A DNA stretch of 64,000 nt from Minisyncoccia bacterium. GTDB taxonomy: Bacteria > Patescibacteriota > Minisyncoccia > Phycocordibacterales > UBA9973. The notes under the pieces were generated by a model. That model ran no database searches, was not told the origin of the DNA, and worked only from the letters and a program-made list of their open reading frames with translations. The translations under genes were made by a program, and so were the position numbers. The number at the start of each line of letters is the position of its first letter. The stretch's first letter is position 1. Below, piece after piece: positions 18,778-28,547 of the stretch. The stretch is taken from NCBI GenBank assembly GCA_049287305.1, contig JBAQFO010000012.1:89768-153767 (forward strand), given 5' to 3'.

Positions 18778-18858
18778 GGGAGAAGTCACAATCGGTTGAG
18801 CTGGTGTGGACAGGGAGCTGTCGCACTAGCTCTTTGTTCTTTTACTCCAATTTTTATT

Positions 18859-19899
18859 TTAAGCTTCCTCTGCAAACTTTTTCTTTATAACTTTCATTAT
18901 TTCTCCTGAGATTTTTTTATCTCCTTTTAGAAATGTGCGGGTAGCGTCATATCCGACTCCGAGCTTTACCTTTTCACTACCTTCGGGTGCGTAGAAATAC
19001 GAGTTTCCGCTTTTTTCTATAATTTTAAATTTTTCTCCGAGCGCCATGATTTCTCCCTCTCTGGAAATACCTTCGTTGTAGATGATATCAAATTCCGTCT
19101 GCTTGAACGGAGCGGCGACTTTATTCTTCACTATTTTCACGCGGGTGCGGGAACCGACGACATCTTCCCCTTTTTTGATTTGAGCGATTTTTCGGATATC
19201 AAGCCGGACAGAAGTATAGAATTTCAGAGCTTTTCCTCCCGGGGTTGTTTCCGGGTTGCCGAACATTACTCCTATCTGCATTCTGATTTGGTTTATGAAA
19301 ATAACCGATGTTTTAGAGCGGGCGACAATAGCAGTCAGCTTCCTTAACGCTTGAGACATAAGGCGAGCCTGCTTGCCGACGTGGTATGCTCCCATGTCTC
19401 CTTCAATTTCATCCTTCGGCGTGAGGGCGGCAACAGAGTCAATGACGATAACATCAATTTTCCCGGTTCGCACCAAAGACTCCACGATTTCAAGTGCCTG
19501 TTCTCCGTTGTCGGGCTGAGAGATAAGAAGGTCGTTTATATTTACTCCGAGTTTCTTGGTGTAGTCGGGGTCCATGGCGTGTTCGGCGTCTATGTATGCG
19601 CATATACCGCCCAATTTTTGAGCTTCAGCCACAATGTGAAGCGAGAGAGTGGTTTTCCCCGAAGATTCAGGTCCGAATATTTCAATAATTCTTCCGCGGG
19701 GGATTCCGCCTACTCCGAGAGCCATATCAAGTCCGATGGAGCCCGTGGGGATGACGTTTATATCCACCTTTGGCGAATCTCCGAATTTCATTATGGAACC
19801 TTCTCCGAATTTGGTTTGGATGGCTTTCAGCGTGTCATTTAGAACTTCGCTTCCGCCTCCTATAGTCTTATCTTCCCTTTTTTCTTTTTTCTTTGCCAT
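18859..19899 (-). CDS. recA: recombinase RecA
   Basis: Walker [11 protein letters not shown] and RecA loop motifs. Confidence 0.95.
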   Translation of the reverse strand: MAKKKEKREDKTIGGGSEVLNDTLKAIQTKFGEGSIMKFGDSPKVDINVIPTGSIGLDMALGVGGIPRGRIIEIFGPESSGKTTLSLHIVAEAQKLGGICAYIDAEHAMDPDYTKKLGVNINDLLISQPDNGEQALEIVESLVRTGKIDVIVIDSVAALTPKDEIEGDMGAYHVGKQARLMSQALRKLTAIVARSKTSVIFINQIRMQIGVMFGNPETTPGGKALKFYTSVRLDIRKIAQIKKGEDVVGSRTRVKIVKNKVAAPFKQTEFDIIYNEGISREGEIMALGEKFKIIEKSGNSYFYAPEGSEKVKLGVGYDATRTFLKGDKKISGEIMKVIKKKFAEEA

Positions 19900-19929
19900 A
19901 TCTATTTTAAATTCAAATAAAAGAAATAT

Positions 19930-20283
19930 TTACTGAATTTTGTAAGTTAATTTATAATTTTCTTCATCCACATAGCCGAACTTATCTTCTGCGCGGATGC
20001 TCACTATATTATACCCCGAAAGGAGAGCGATAGTTTCTTCAAAGTCTCCCGCCTGGTTTATTGATATTTCACGTCCGTTTAGCGTCAGGTGAATGGCGTT
20101 TCGGGCGTTTCCCGTTATTTTTTGGACATTCTCCGTGTAGGTTACGCCGTCCTCCAGACTGATACCTTTTATTTTTACCCCAAAGAGCAAGTCTTTAGAC
20201 ACAAAAACAGCGTAACCTACCATCAAGATGAAAAAAATAAACACCCCTCCCATTTTCGCTATTTTTTTTACATCTCTGGTCAT
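19930..20283 (-). CDS. hypothetical N-terminally anchored small protein
   Basis: A single N-terminal TM segment and no recognisable motifs. Confidence 0.4.
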   Translation of the reverse strand: MTRDVKKIAKMGGVFIFFILMVGYAVFVSKDLLFGVKIKGISLEDGVTYTENVQKITGNARNAIHLTLNGREISINQAGDFEETIALLSGYNIVSIRAEDKFGYVDEENYKLTYKIQ

Positions 20284-20298
20284 TTTTTATTTTTCTAA

Positions 20299-20366
20299 GC
20301 AGGGAGTTACTTTTACGAATGGTCTCTAGATTTGTTCCGAGGACCTGAGTAAAAGAAACTCCCTGC
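20299..20366. repeat. long inverted repeat with 18-bp arms and one mismatch (GCAGGGAGTTACTTTTAC ... GTAAAAGAAACTCCCTGC)
   Basis: Read from the sequence; it lies between the ftsK stop and the next gene's start, with no U-run on either strand. Confidence 0.6.
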
Positions 20367-20374
20367 GGCAGATT

Positions 20375-22591
20375 TTAAATTACGGTGTCTCCTTCGTCTG
20401 TTCGCTCTATTTTCTCAAGCACCTCTCTCGGCTTGGCGCCGTCGCCCGGTCCTATGACTCCTCGTTCTTCCAGCTTATCCATTAGTCGGGCAGCGCGAGC
20501 GTAACCAAGTTTCAATTTTCTTTGCAGGTAGGAGGTGGAAGCTTTTCCCGCTTCCATGACGCATGCCCTGGCTTCTTCATACATTTCGTCATCATCTTCC
20601 ATGCCGTCTTCTTCCAGGGAGGCTTCAAATATACTCTTATCAGCCGATATGGACCCTACCGATAGAGAAATTTCTTCGGAGATTTCGTCTTTATAAGCGT
20701 CGGCAAGATATTTTACAACTTTCTTTACTTCCGCTTCGGAGATGAAGGCGCTCTGCAGTCTTTCGGGCTGAGCTTCCCCAGAAGAGTAAAGCATGTCTCC
20801 CGCTCCGAGGAGCTTCTCGGCTCCGCCCGCATCCAGGATTGTTCGGGAATCTATTTGGGAAGAAACTTTAAGCGCTACACGAGCAGGAATGTTTGCCTTG
20901 ATAAGACCTGTAATAACGTTGACTTCGGGTCTCTGGGTAGAAAGTATTAAATGTATTCCCACTGCGCGGGACATTTGAGCTAAGCGAACAATTGCTGATT
21001 CTAATTCTCGGGGGTAAGTGCTCATTATGTCGGCGAGCTCGTCTATTATAATGACTATGTAAGGCATTCGGTCAGCGTTTATTTCCTCTTCCACTCCTTC
21101 GCTGTTGGTCTTCAGCTTCTTCGGCGACTTATTGAAGACGTTGTTGTGGTAAGACTCAATGTCCCGCACGGATTCCGCTTCCAATATGTCATATCGACGG
21201 TCCATTTCTTTTGCCGCCCATTTGAGGGCAAGGATTGTTTTCTTCGCTTCGGTAATAACAGGGGTGAGAAGGTGGGGGATGTTGTTATATAGAGTAAGCT
21301 CCACCCGTTTTGGGTCTATGAGGATAAGCTTGAGGTCATCGGGGCCGTTCCTATATAGAAGGGAAGTAATCATGGAATGGATAGTCACGGATTTCCCGGA
21401 GCCTGTTGTTCCTGCCACCAAGGCATGAGGCATTTTTGCCAAGTTCCCAAATACTGCCTTGCCGGAAATAGCGCGTCCCAGAGCCGTCGTCAGAGGCTTT
21501 GAAGAATTTACGAATTTATCGTCGGCTAGGAGAGTCGCAAGCCCGACGATGGACTTGGACTTGTTCGGAATTTCAATACCCACGAGAGATTTCCCCGGAA
21601 TAGGTGCTTCTATTCTAATAGGATGCGCTGCTAGAGAAAGGGCGAGGTCATTCTGAAGTCCCACGATGCGTGAGAGTTTCACTCCTTCGGCAGGCTTGAG
21701 GGCGTATCTGGTTACGGTAGGTCCGACGGTGATTTCATCCATTTCTACTTCAATGCCGAAGTTTGCGAGAGTGCGTTTTATTATATTCGCGTTTGCCTTG
21801 ATGTCTCCCGTGTTTGGTTTGCCCTTATCTTCTTCCAAGAGCGACAGTGGGGGAGGGATGTAGGTAGACACGAGTCCGCTTCTCATCTTCCTGATTGGCA
21901 TTTCTTCTTCTTCCGGCTTTTCTTCTTTCTTCTTGCCTACCCCGAGAGCGCTTTTGATTTTCGCTCCGGCGCTTTCTTTCGGTTCTTCATCTTCTTCCAC
22001 CGGTATAGCTTTCAGAACTTCTTTTGCTTCGTCTTCGTTAAGAGACACTTCCTCCAACTTTTCTTTTTTAGAGAACAACGCCATAATTTTGCGACCGATA
22101 GGGGCGAGGCTGAACTTGGCATCAAACATTATTGAAATTGAGATTATCAGAATAGCGAAAAGGAACACCAGGCTGGCGTATTTTTCAAAAAGCGCCAAGA
22201 ACGGCTTTGCCAATATTTCTCCGAAAAATCCTCCAGCGTGAGTGGCGGATGTTATGTCTATGATGCCCAAGCCTGAGAGCAGAAACATTGTTCCGCTTAC
22301 CATACGAGTCCAGCCGATATCAGGAGCTTCGGACTTCATAAAAGAGCTTGCGAGCAAGAAAAAAAGTATCGGCACCAAATAGTAACCGATGCCGAGAAGG
22401 TAGAAGAGTTTTTCATATACGAATGCTCCCGCCACTCCCGCCGCGCCGAACGCTGACATTAAAAAGAAGAAGGCGAAGACAAGGCATATCACCGCGATGA
22501 TTCCATGTTTGGTCTGAGTTTTTAATCCGTTTCCCGACTTGCTCTCATTCTTGTTATTTTTCCTATCAGTCCTTTTTTTATTTTGTTTCAT
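20375..22591 (-). CDS. ftsK: DNA translocase FtsK/SpoIIIE
   Basis: N-terminal TM region, Walker A GTTGSGKSV and a C-terminal winged-helix gamma domain. Confidence 0.9.
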   Translation of the reverse strand: MKQNKKRTDRKNNKNESKSGNGLKTQTKHGIIAVICLVFAFFFLMSAFGAAGVAGAFVYEKLFYLLGIGYYLVPILFFLLASSFMKSEAPDIGWTRMVSGTMFLLSGLGIIDITSATHAGGFFGEILAKPFLALFEKYASLVFLFAILIISISIMFDAKFSLAPIGRKIMALFSKKEKLEEVSLNEDEAKEVLKAIPVEEDEEPKESAGAKIKSALGVGKKKEEKPEEEEMPIRKMRSGLVSTYIPPPLSLLEEDKGKPNTGDIKANANIIKRTLANFGIEVEMDEITVGPTVTRYALKPAEGVKLSRIVGLQNDLALSLAAHPIRIEAPIPGKSLVGIEIPNKSKSIVGLATLLADDKFVNSSKPLTTALGRAISGKAVFGNLAKMPHALVAGTTGSGKSVTIHSMITSLLYRNGPDDLKLILIDPKRVELTLYNNIPHLLTPVITEAKKTILALKWAAKEMDRRYDILEAESVRDIESYHNNVFNKSPKKLKTNSEGVEEEINADRMPYIVIIIDELADIMSTYPRELESAIVRLAQMSRAVGIHLILSTQRPEVNVITGLIKANIPARVALKVSSQIDSRTILDAGGAEKLLGAGDMLYSSGEAQPERLQSAFISEAEVKKVVKYLADAYKDEISEEISLSVGSISADKSIFEASLEEDGMEDDDEMYEEARACVMEAGKASTSYLQRKLKLGYARAARLMDKLEERGVIGPGDGAKPREVLEKIERTDEGDTVI

Positions 22592-22605
22592 AATTTTTCA
22601 TTTTT

Positions 22606-22637
22606 CCCGCCCGTACCGAACGGTACGTTCGGGCGGG
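22606..22637. repeat. GC-rich hairpin CCCGCCCGTACCG AA CGGTACG(TT)CGGGCGGG just upstream of ftsK
   Basis: Read from the sequence. No T-tract follows on the ftsK strand, so it is not a terminator. Confidence 0.5.
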
Positions 22638-22747
22638 TGCCATATGGGTGTATTTTATCACATTTTATTTTTTCCCGCAGACCACTCAAAACACAGAATT
22701 GGTGCAAAACTTGGCTGAATATTTTTCTTGAAGTAAAGTTTTTCATT

Positions 22748-22850
22748 GGCGGGGTTGGTGTTAAATATAGTCCGAATATTTTTCTGCTAAAAAATTTCTC
22801 AAGACTCGCGCCGCCGCGCTCCGTAGCCTATATTTAACACCAACCCCGCC
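22748..22850 (+). repeat. hairpin element copy A: 23-bp perfect inverted arms GGCGGGGTTGGTGTTAAATATAG flanking a conserved loop (..TGCTAAAAAATTTCTCAAGACTCGCGCCGCCGCGCTCCGTAGC)
   Basis: Left arm 22748-22770, right arm 22828-22850. The loop is homologous to copies C and B. Confidence 0.6.
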
Positions 22851-22858
22851 ACCTCTTA

Positions 22859-22963
22859 AAAACAAGATATAGTTTTAAAATGACTACGGAGGCCGACGGG
22901 CCGAGTCCTGAGCAAAAATTCAGAAGAATTTTATGCGTGCATTTTAAAACTATATCTTGTTTT
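22859..22963 (-). repeat. hairpin element copy C: 24-bp perfect inverted arms AAAACAAGATATAGTTTTAAAATG with the conserved loop in opposite orientation
   Basis: Arms 22859-22882 and 22940-22963. The reverse complement of the loop (..TGCTCAGGACTCGGCCCGTCGGCCTCCGTAGT) aligns with the loop of copy A. Confidence 0.6.
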
Positions 22964-23007
22964 CTCTCCCTTAAAGGACTTGCAATCAAGGCGGAGGAGT
23001 ATATAAT

Positions 23008-23869
23008 GGACAGCATGTTTAGAGACAAGAAAGACATTCAGGAAAATCTCAAAGACTCCTCCGGGGACATGGGTCTCGCCATAAAGGACAGCCCAAATTC
23101 TATTTCATACACAAAGACCGATAAGCTAGTAACTGCTTTGTATATGGTCACGGACATCATAGACAAAGACGAACCTCTAAGGAACAAATTAAGGACATTG
23201 GGCACAAACATAATATCGGACATAAACGACGTTCCCGCGGGAGCTTGCGCCAGGATATCCGAAGTCATGTCCTTTTTAGACATCGCATTTGCCATGAATA
23301 TCATCTCTCAGATGAACTGCAATATTTTAAGAAAAGAATTCTCGGAACTTGACCAAGCTATCAGGGAGTCCGGAGACAATGGGGCAATACTGGCAAGGGG
23401 AGAAAGAAAGATAAACCTTTCAGAATTTTTCACGGAAGACGAATCGGAAGATTCCCACCCTTCTCTCCTGAAAGAAAATTTTTCTTCGCATCATGGACGC
23501 GCCCCCCGCAGCCTCGGAGTTCAAAAAGGAGGAACCCTCCTCAAGGCCTTGAAGGGGATAGAAGGAGGTGTCCATGTGTCCGATAAAACTTCACATATGT
23601 CCGATAGAGTTCACGAACATCACACTGCCGAGCACTTTGATGTCCTAAAGAAACAACGCCGTGAAGATATATTAAATGTAATAAAGATTATGGGTGGAAG
23701 CGCTACCATAACGGACATAAAGGACAAGGCCAAGACCTTGCCAGCCGGAATAGGTTCGCTATCCTCTTGCGGAGAAAAAACGCTCCAGAGAGAGCTTCTG
23801 TCTATGCTCAAAGACGGTGTCCTTAAGAAAACCGGAGAAAAAAGATGGAGCCGATATTTCGTGAAATAA
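23008..23869 (+). CDS. hypothetical protein with a C-terminal winged-helix-like segment
   Basis: The SD GGAGGAG precedes ATG 23008 (MDSMFRD). The track start at 22880 lies inside hairpin element C. The C-terminus has the pattern ILNVIKIMGG..TITDI...LQRELLSMLKDGVLKKTGEKRWSRY. Confidence 0.45.
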
Positions 23870-24338
23870 CTCTACACGCTTAAGTGTTGCATTTGATAAA
23901 AAAGTATGATAATATAAGGCTGAGATGACTTGTCTTTGCGACAGGTTATCCACATAATATATTGCCTTATTTTTTGGCTATATATTATAATGTAATTGTA
24001 TTCGCATGTTGCACGTCATGTGTAATGTGCGGACGCAAATTGTATTTATTTTCCCCTAACCATCTCTTTGGATTTCGTCGAAAAAATCCAAAAAAAGATG
24101 AAGAGGAAAGTAAGGAAAGGTCATTGAAAATTAAATACTCACCCGAGTGCCGAATTAAAACTTTGGCAGGAGGGGGAAGATTTGTTTTCAGTGTGTTAGT
24201 TCGTCTTTATTCGTTGTTTCGTATCCGCTGCATTATTAAAATTTATAAATTATAAGCGGAGAGGGGATGACGATAAGAAAAAAATACGCTTTTAGTTTTG
24301 TCGAAACTTATTAATGGCGTAGAAAATTAGAAAATTAT

Positions 24339-26321
24339 ATGAGTAAATTATTTAAATCAAAATTCCTTCTTGGAGTTATGGTTGTAGCCGTATTGGTTGT
24401 AGGCGGAGTTGCATTTGGTGCAAGCGACGCTTCAGCTGATTGTACAATCGTGAATACCTTGAGGGTTGGTTCTGTAGGCGATGAAGTAAAGTGTTTACAG
24501 GGCAAAGTTGGAGCAACCGCTGACGGCAAGTTCGGTCCTATGACTGCAACTTCTGTTAAGGCTTTCCAAGCTTCCAAAGGATTGTCCCCTGACGGTGTCG
24601 TAGGTCCTATGACCCGCGCAGCTTTGATGGGAGCTCCTACAGGAAACTTCCCAGCAGGTTGTACTTCAGCTTCTGGATTTAGTTCTACAACTGGTCTTCC
24701 ATGTAACAGTGGTCCATCAGCAGGACTTCCAGCAGGTTGTTCTTCAACTGCAGGGTTCTCTCCTCTAACTGGCACAAAGTGTGATAGTTCAGCAGCCCCA
24801 ACACCTGATGGTGATCTAGCAGGAACAGCAGGAACTGTTACATATACCCAGTTGTCACAATACACTAATGAAAAGGTGGGAGCTGGCGTAACTGATACAA
24901 AAATTGCTGGATTTGAACTTGAGGCATCAGACGGAGATGTATCACTTAGGTCATTCAAACTAACCTTTAGTTCCACTGGAAATGCAGCAGCAGATTCAGA
25001 TCGTCTTATTGATTACCTTGATTCAGTATCAATCTGGCAAGGTGAAGAAGAAATCGGTTCTGCTGACACAGTAGACTTCACGAGAGACAGCGCTGGTGTT
25101 TATTCAAAGGTTGTGACTGTTTCTGACGCTATCGTTAGAGATGGTGATACGGAGAAATTCTACATCGCCGTTAACGCAGCAAACAACATAGACTCAGCAG
25201 ATATTGACTCAGATTCTTGGGGTGTTGATCCTATTAACGTAAGATATGAGGATGGAGGTGGTGTAGTGTCAACAGATACTATCACACAGGCTGAAATCCC
25301 ACTTAACTTCGTTACTTCCGCATCAGCAACTGATACTGAACTTAAGCTAACAGTTGATTCAACATTGAAGGCTGGTGTTCAGACTGCGAATGTAACTTCT
25401 GACACAAATGATGTTCTTATCTTAAAGGGTACTTTGGAAATAGAAGGTTCATCTGATGTTTGGTTGGATGAAGTTCCATTCTTGTTTACTACAAACGCTA
25501 CAAACGCGGATGCTGTATCAAACACTGTATACTTTACTATTGACGGAACAGAATTCTCAGAATCTATGGGTTCTGCAGTAGGAACTACAGAAGTTATTAC
25601 CTTTAACGAGCTTGATAAGACTCTTGCTCCTGGTAAATACACATTTACTGTTACAGCAGATGTGAATGATATTGAGGACAGCACATTTGACGAAGGAGAC
25701 TACTTGTTAGCAGAATTGGATGCTACTCGTCGTGCTTCTATCGTTGCTCTTAACACAGAGGGTGGCGATCAGTTGACTGACGCTACAGAAATGACTGGTG
25801 TTGCCGCAGGTACCATCCAGTACTTCTATTCAAAGTCACCAACGGTTACAGTAGAATCAAAGTCTATCGTAGCTAACGATAACGGTTCAAGCGCTCCATC
25901 TTCTGCAACTGCTAAGATGAGACTAAAGATTGTAGCTAACGGCGGAACCATCTACCTTAACGGTGATGATGAAACCACACAAGCTGAAGAGTTCTTTGGT
26001 ATAGCTGTTGATGGAGGGGATGCAAGTTCTTCAATCAGCGCTACGGGATATACATTTACACCATCAGGCACTTATACTGTTACAAACAGTGGTGCTGATA
26101 ATGAATACTTCACTATGAATGAAGGTGACATAATGTATATTGACATTGAAGCTACAGTCGTAGAAGCTACCGGTTCAGCTGCTATACTAGTAGGTATGAA
26201 GGGAGACGAAATTTCCTTCGGTACTGATAGTACATCTGGAGCTACTCGTTCAGCTAACGACTTGAGCTTCACAGCGTTAACTGATCTCTTGAAGACAGGA
26301 AAGGTAACATTGGATAGCTAA
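24339..26321 (+). CDS. secreted or cell-wall-associated protein with a PG_binding_1-like domain, two Cys-bracketed repeats and a large beta-rich region
   Basis: N-terminal signal or anchor. CLQGKVGATADGKFGPMTATSVKAFQ resembles a peptidoglycan-binding domain. The repeats are GCTSASGFSSTTGLPC and GCSSTAGFSPLTGTKC. Confidence 0.6.
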   Translation: MSKLFKSKFLLGVMVVAVLVVGGVAFGASDASADCTIVNTLRVGSVGDEVKCLQGKVGATADGKFGPMTATSVKAFQASKGLSPDGVVGPMTRAALMGAPTGNFPAGCTSASGFSSTTGLPCNSGPSAGLPAGCSSTAGFSPLTGTKCDSSAAPTPDGDLAGTAGTVTYTQLSQYTNEKVGAGVTDTKIAGFELEASDGDVSLRSFKLTFSSTGNAAADSDRLIDYLDSVSIWQGEEEIGSADTVDFTRDSAGVYSKVVTVSDAIVRDGDTEKFYIAVNAANNIDSADIDSDSWGVDPINVRYEDGGGVVSTDTITQAEIPLNFVTSASATDTELKLTVDSTLKAGVQTANVTSDTNDVLILKGTLEIEGSSDVWLDEVPFLFTTNATNADAVSNTVYFTIDGTEFSESMGSAVGTTEVITFNELDKTLAPGKYTFTVTADVNDIEDSTFDEGDYLLAELDATRRASIVALNTEGGDQLTDATEMTGVAAGTIQYFYSKSPTVTVESKSIVANDNGSSAPSSATAKMRLKIVANGGTIYLNGDDETTQAEEFFGIAVDGGDASSSISATGYTFTPSGTYTVTNSGADNEYFTMNEGDIMYIDIEATVVEATGSAAILVGMKGDEISFGTDSTSGATRSANDLSFTALTDLLKTGKVTLDS

Positions 26322-26380
26322 TCCGATTAACCTGACTTCTTTAAACTCTGGTTAATACGCCTTAAAAAGTATTACAAAAC

Positions 26381-26420
26381 AACCCCCGCCTCTTACGAGA
26401 GGCCGGGGTTTTTTGTTGTT
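26381..26420 (+). terminator. intrinsic terminator: CCCCCGCCTCT TACG AGAGGCCGGGG then TTTTTTGTTGTT
   Basis: Near-perfect hairpin followed by a T tract. Confidence 0.7.
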
Positions 26421-26609
26421 CTTTTTTGTTGTATAATTAGACTATATGAATCCCGTTAGAAGCCCCCGCCCGCTTTCGCCAGAGCAAAGCGATGGCGGGT
26501 GGGGCGATCGCAATGTAAAAACAAATAAAAATATGAAGTTAAATATTGTAAGAATTAATAACTTAACATATCAGATACGCGAGATGATCGCGATCTGCTT
26601 CTAAACGGG

Positions 26610-28544
26610 ATGAATTCAATCATCAGAAAAATAATCTTGGTTTTCATTTTTATATTGCCTTTTATAATTTTCCCATATACACCATATTCAATGGTGTTTT
26701 CAAAATCTCTTTTTTTAGAGGGTGTTACTCTCGTTATTGGTGTTCTTTGGATAATGGGCAAATTATTTAAAACAGAAACAGAAACAGAAAAAATTTCTAG
26801 AAATATCACCCTCTTTGTATTTGGAGTTTATGTTTTTTCTCTTTTAATTTCTGCTCTTAGTAGTTTTGTTCCCGGACTTTCATTTTGGGGAACCTTGGAC
26901 CATGGGACCGGAGCTGTTTTTATGCTGTGTTTATTCCTTTTTTCTGTCATTACCAGTTCGGTGTTTAAAAAGATAGAAGATTGGTACACACTTTTTACAA
27001 CTTTTGTGATTTCAGGAATTATTTTCACCTCGGGAACTTTTTTATCAGAAATGGGGATGAATTTTTTTCCCACTATAACGATCAATGCTTCAGGAGGTTT
27101 TCTTGTTGGCAACTCATCTTGGGCGGGAATTTATCTTGCTTTTGTTTTTTTTATAAGCCTAGGACTTACATTTTCACCACAAAACAAAAGTCATAGAGTT
27201 ATTGGTTTTTTGGGTTTAATCTTTACATTTTTTAACCCAATTATTACTGGCTTTATAATTCCGGCCCCTGATCAGTCTTTTCGGCTCATTGGTTTAGCTC
27301 GAGCATCATTATACTCTATTTTTGCTGGTACTAGTTTTTTTGTTCTTTATTTGTTTTTTAGAAAAATAACATCTATAAAGTGGAGAAAGATATGTATAGG
27401 AAGTTTTATTACGATTTTGGTTGCAGTATCTTTGTTTGTAGTAATCAGCCCAGGTGTGTTTCGTCAGGGCATATCTGAAACAGCCGGTCCAAATAGATTG
27501 ATCTTTTGGGATATTGCAGTTTCTAGTTTCAAAGAACATCCAGTTCTGGGGTGGGGTGGTGATACTTATCAGTTTGCATATGCGAAATATTTTAACCCAA
27601 TTATTACTTCTCCAGGTTATTCTCCAGAATATTGGGCAGATCGTGCACATAGTATATATTTTGACGAACTTCACGCTGGAGGTTTTATTGGTTTTATTTT
27701 ACTTATGTTTTTGTATGGAATAATTTTATTTGGTCTTTTACGTAATGGAATAAAACAAAATGATGAAAATAATATTTTGTTTATGGCTTTGGCGGCTGGG
27801 TTAATCTCTTTTTTGATACAAGGGCTGTTGTTGTTTCAGACTATTGTTGGTTGGGTGGTTGTGTCTATAGTTATTGCTTTTGTTGCTAATTTTTGTTTTA
27901 TGGATAGAAATGTAATTGATACTAAGATTGAGAAGAATAAAAAAAGAAATAAAGACAGTGATAATACTTTTCGTAATTTGTTTTCAGTAGTTGTTATAGT
28001 GATTTTTGGATTTTTATTTTACTATGTAATAATTGTGCCTTATCGTGTTGCTAATATGTTGGCTAGATTTCCGACTGAGTCTTATAGTAAAAGGTTAGAG
28101 CTTTATAAAGAAATAGATAATGCTTATATAGGAAATACCACAGATTTAGGAAATATTTTTTTACCATATCATATTAGACTTAGGCAAATATTGAAAAAAG
28201 GACTCAAGGATGAAGAAAAAAAATTAATGATAAACGAAGCCAAAGAAATTATTAGAATTTTGGATAATGGTTTAAAAAAGCAAGATTACAAAGAGCTGAA
28301 AATTTTGATGGGACAAGCAGGATTTTACTCAGTAGTTATAGCGTTAACTGACGGACAGGAAAGACAAGCTTATTATGATCAAAGTCTGTTTTATGTGGAA
28401 AAAATGAAGCTAGCTTCTCCTCAAAGCCCGACACCAGAAATAGCCAAAGCCCTGCTAGACATTTCCCTCAAATATGGCGAAGAAGGTCTGGATCTTTTAA
28501 ATTTGGATAAAGAAAAAGCTATAAAAGAAAGTAATAATAATTAA
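26610..28544 (+). CDS. O-antigen ligase/polymerase family (Wzy_C-like) membrane protein with a soluble C-terminal extension
   Basis: More than ten TM helices and a central periplasmic loop pattern (WGGDTYQF...YWADRAHSIYFDELHAGGFIG). Confidence 0.5.
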   Translation: MNSIIRKIILVFIFILPFIIFPYTPYSMVFSKSLFLEGVTLVIGVLWIMGKLFKTETETEKISRNITLFVFGVYVFSLLISALSSFVPGLSFWGTLDHGTGAVFMLCLFLFSVITSSVFKKIEDWYTLFTTFVISGIIFTSGTFLSEMGMNFFPTITINASGGFLVGNSSWAGIYLAFVFFISLGLTFSPQNKSHRVIGFLGLIFTFFNPIITGFIIPAPDQSFRLIGLARASLYSIFAGTSFFVLYLFFRKITSIKWRKICIGSFITILVAVSLFVVISPGVFRQGISETAGPNRLIFWDIAVSSFKEHPVLGWGGDTYQFAYAKYFNPIITSPGYSPEYWADRAHSIYFDELHAGGFIGFILLMFLYGIILFGLLRNGIKQNDENNILFMALAAGLISFLIQGLLLFQTIVGWVVVSIVIAFVANFCFMDRNVIDTKIEKNKKRNKDSDNTFRNLFSVVVIVIFGFLFYYVIIVPYRVANMLARFPTESYSKRLELYKEIDNAYIGNTTDLGNIFLPYHIRLRQILKKGLKDEEKKLMINEAKEIIRILDNGLKKQDYKELKILMGQAGFYSVVIALTDGQERQAYYDQSLFYVEKMKLASPQSPTPEIAKALLDISLKYGEEGLDLLNLDKEKAIKESNNN

Positions 28545-28547
28545 TTT

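Noticed and set aside
22748-22963. MITE (miniature transposon) interpretation of hairpin elements A and C
   Set aside because: Not fully rejected, but the terminal inverted repeats differ completely between copies while the internal loop is conserved, the opposite of what a transposase-recognised TIR would show. I see no target-site duplications.
22880-23007. Track start at 22880 for the 329-aa ORF
   Set aside because: The first about 28 codons lie inside hairpin element C and have no SD. ATG 23008 has a GGAGGAG SD.
24335-24976. Antisense ORF of 213 aa opposite the 5' part of the 24339 surface-protein gene
   Set aside because: It overlaps a + strand region with convincing signal-peptide, PG-binding and Cys-repeat content, and its Ala/Pro-rich low-complexity translation is typical of an antisense artefact.
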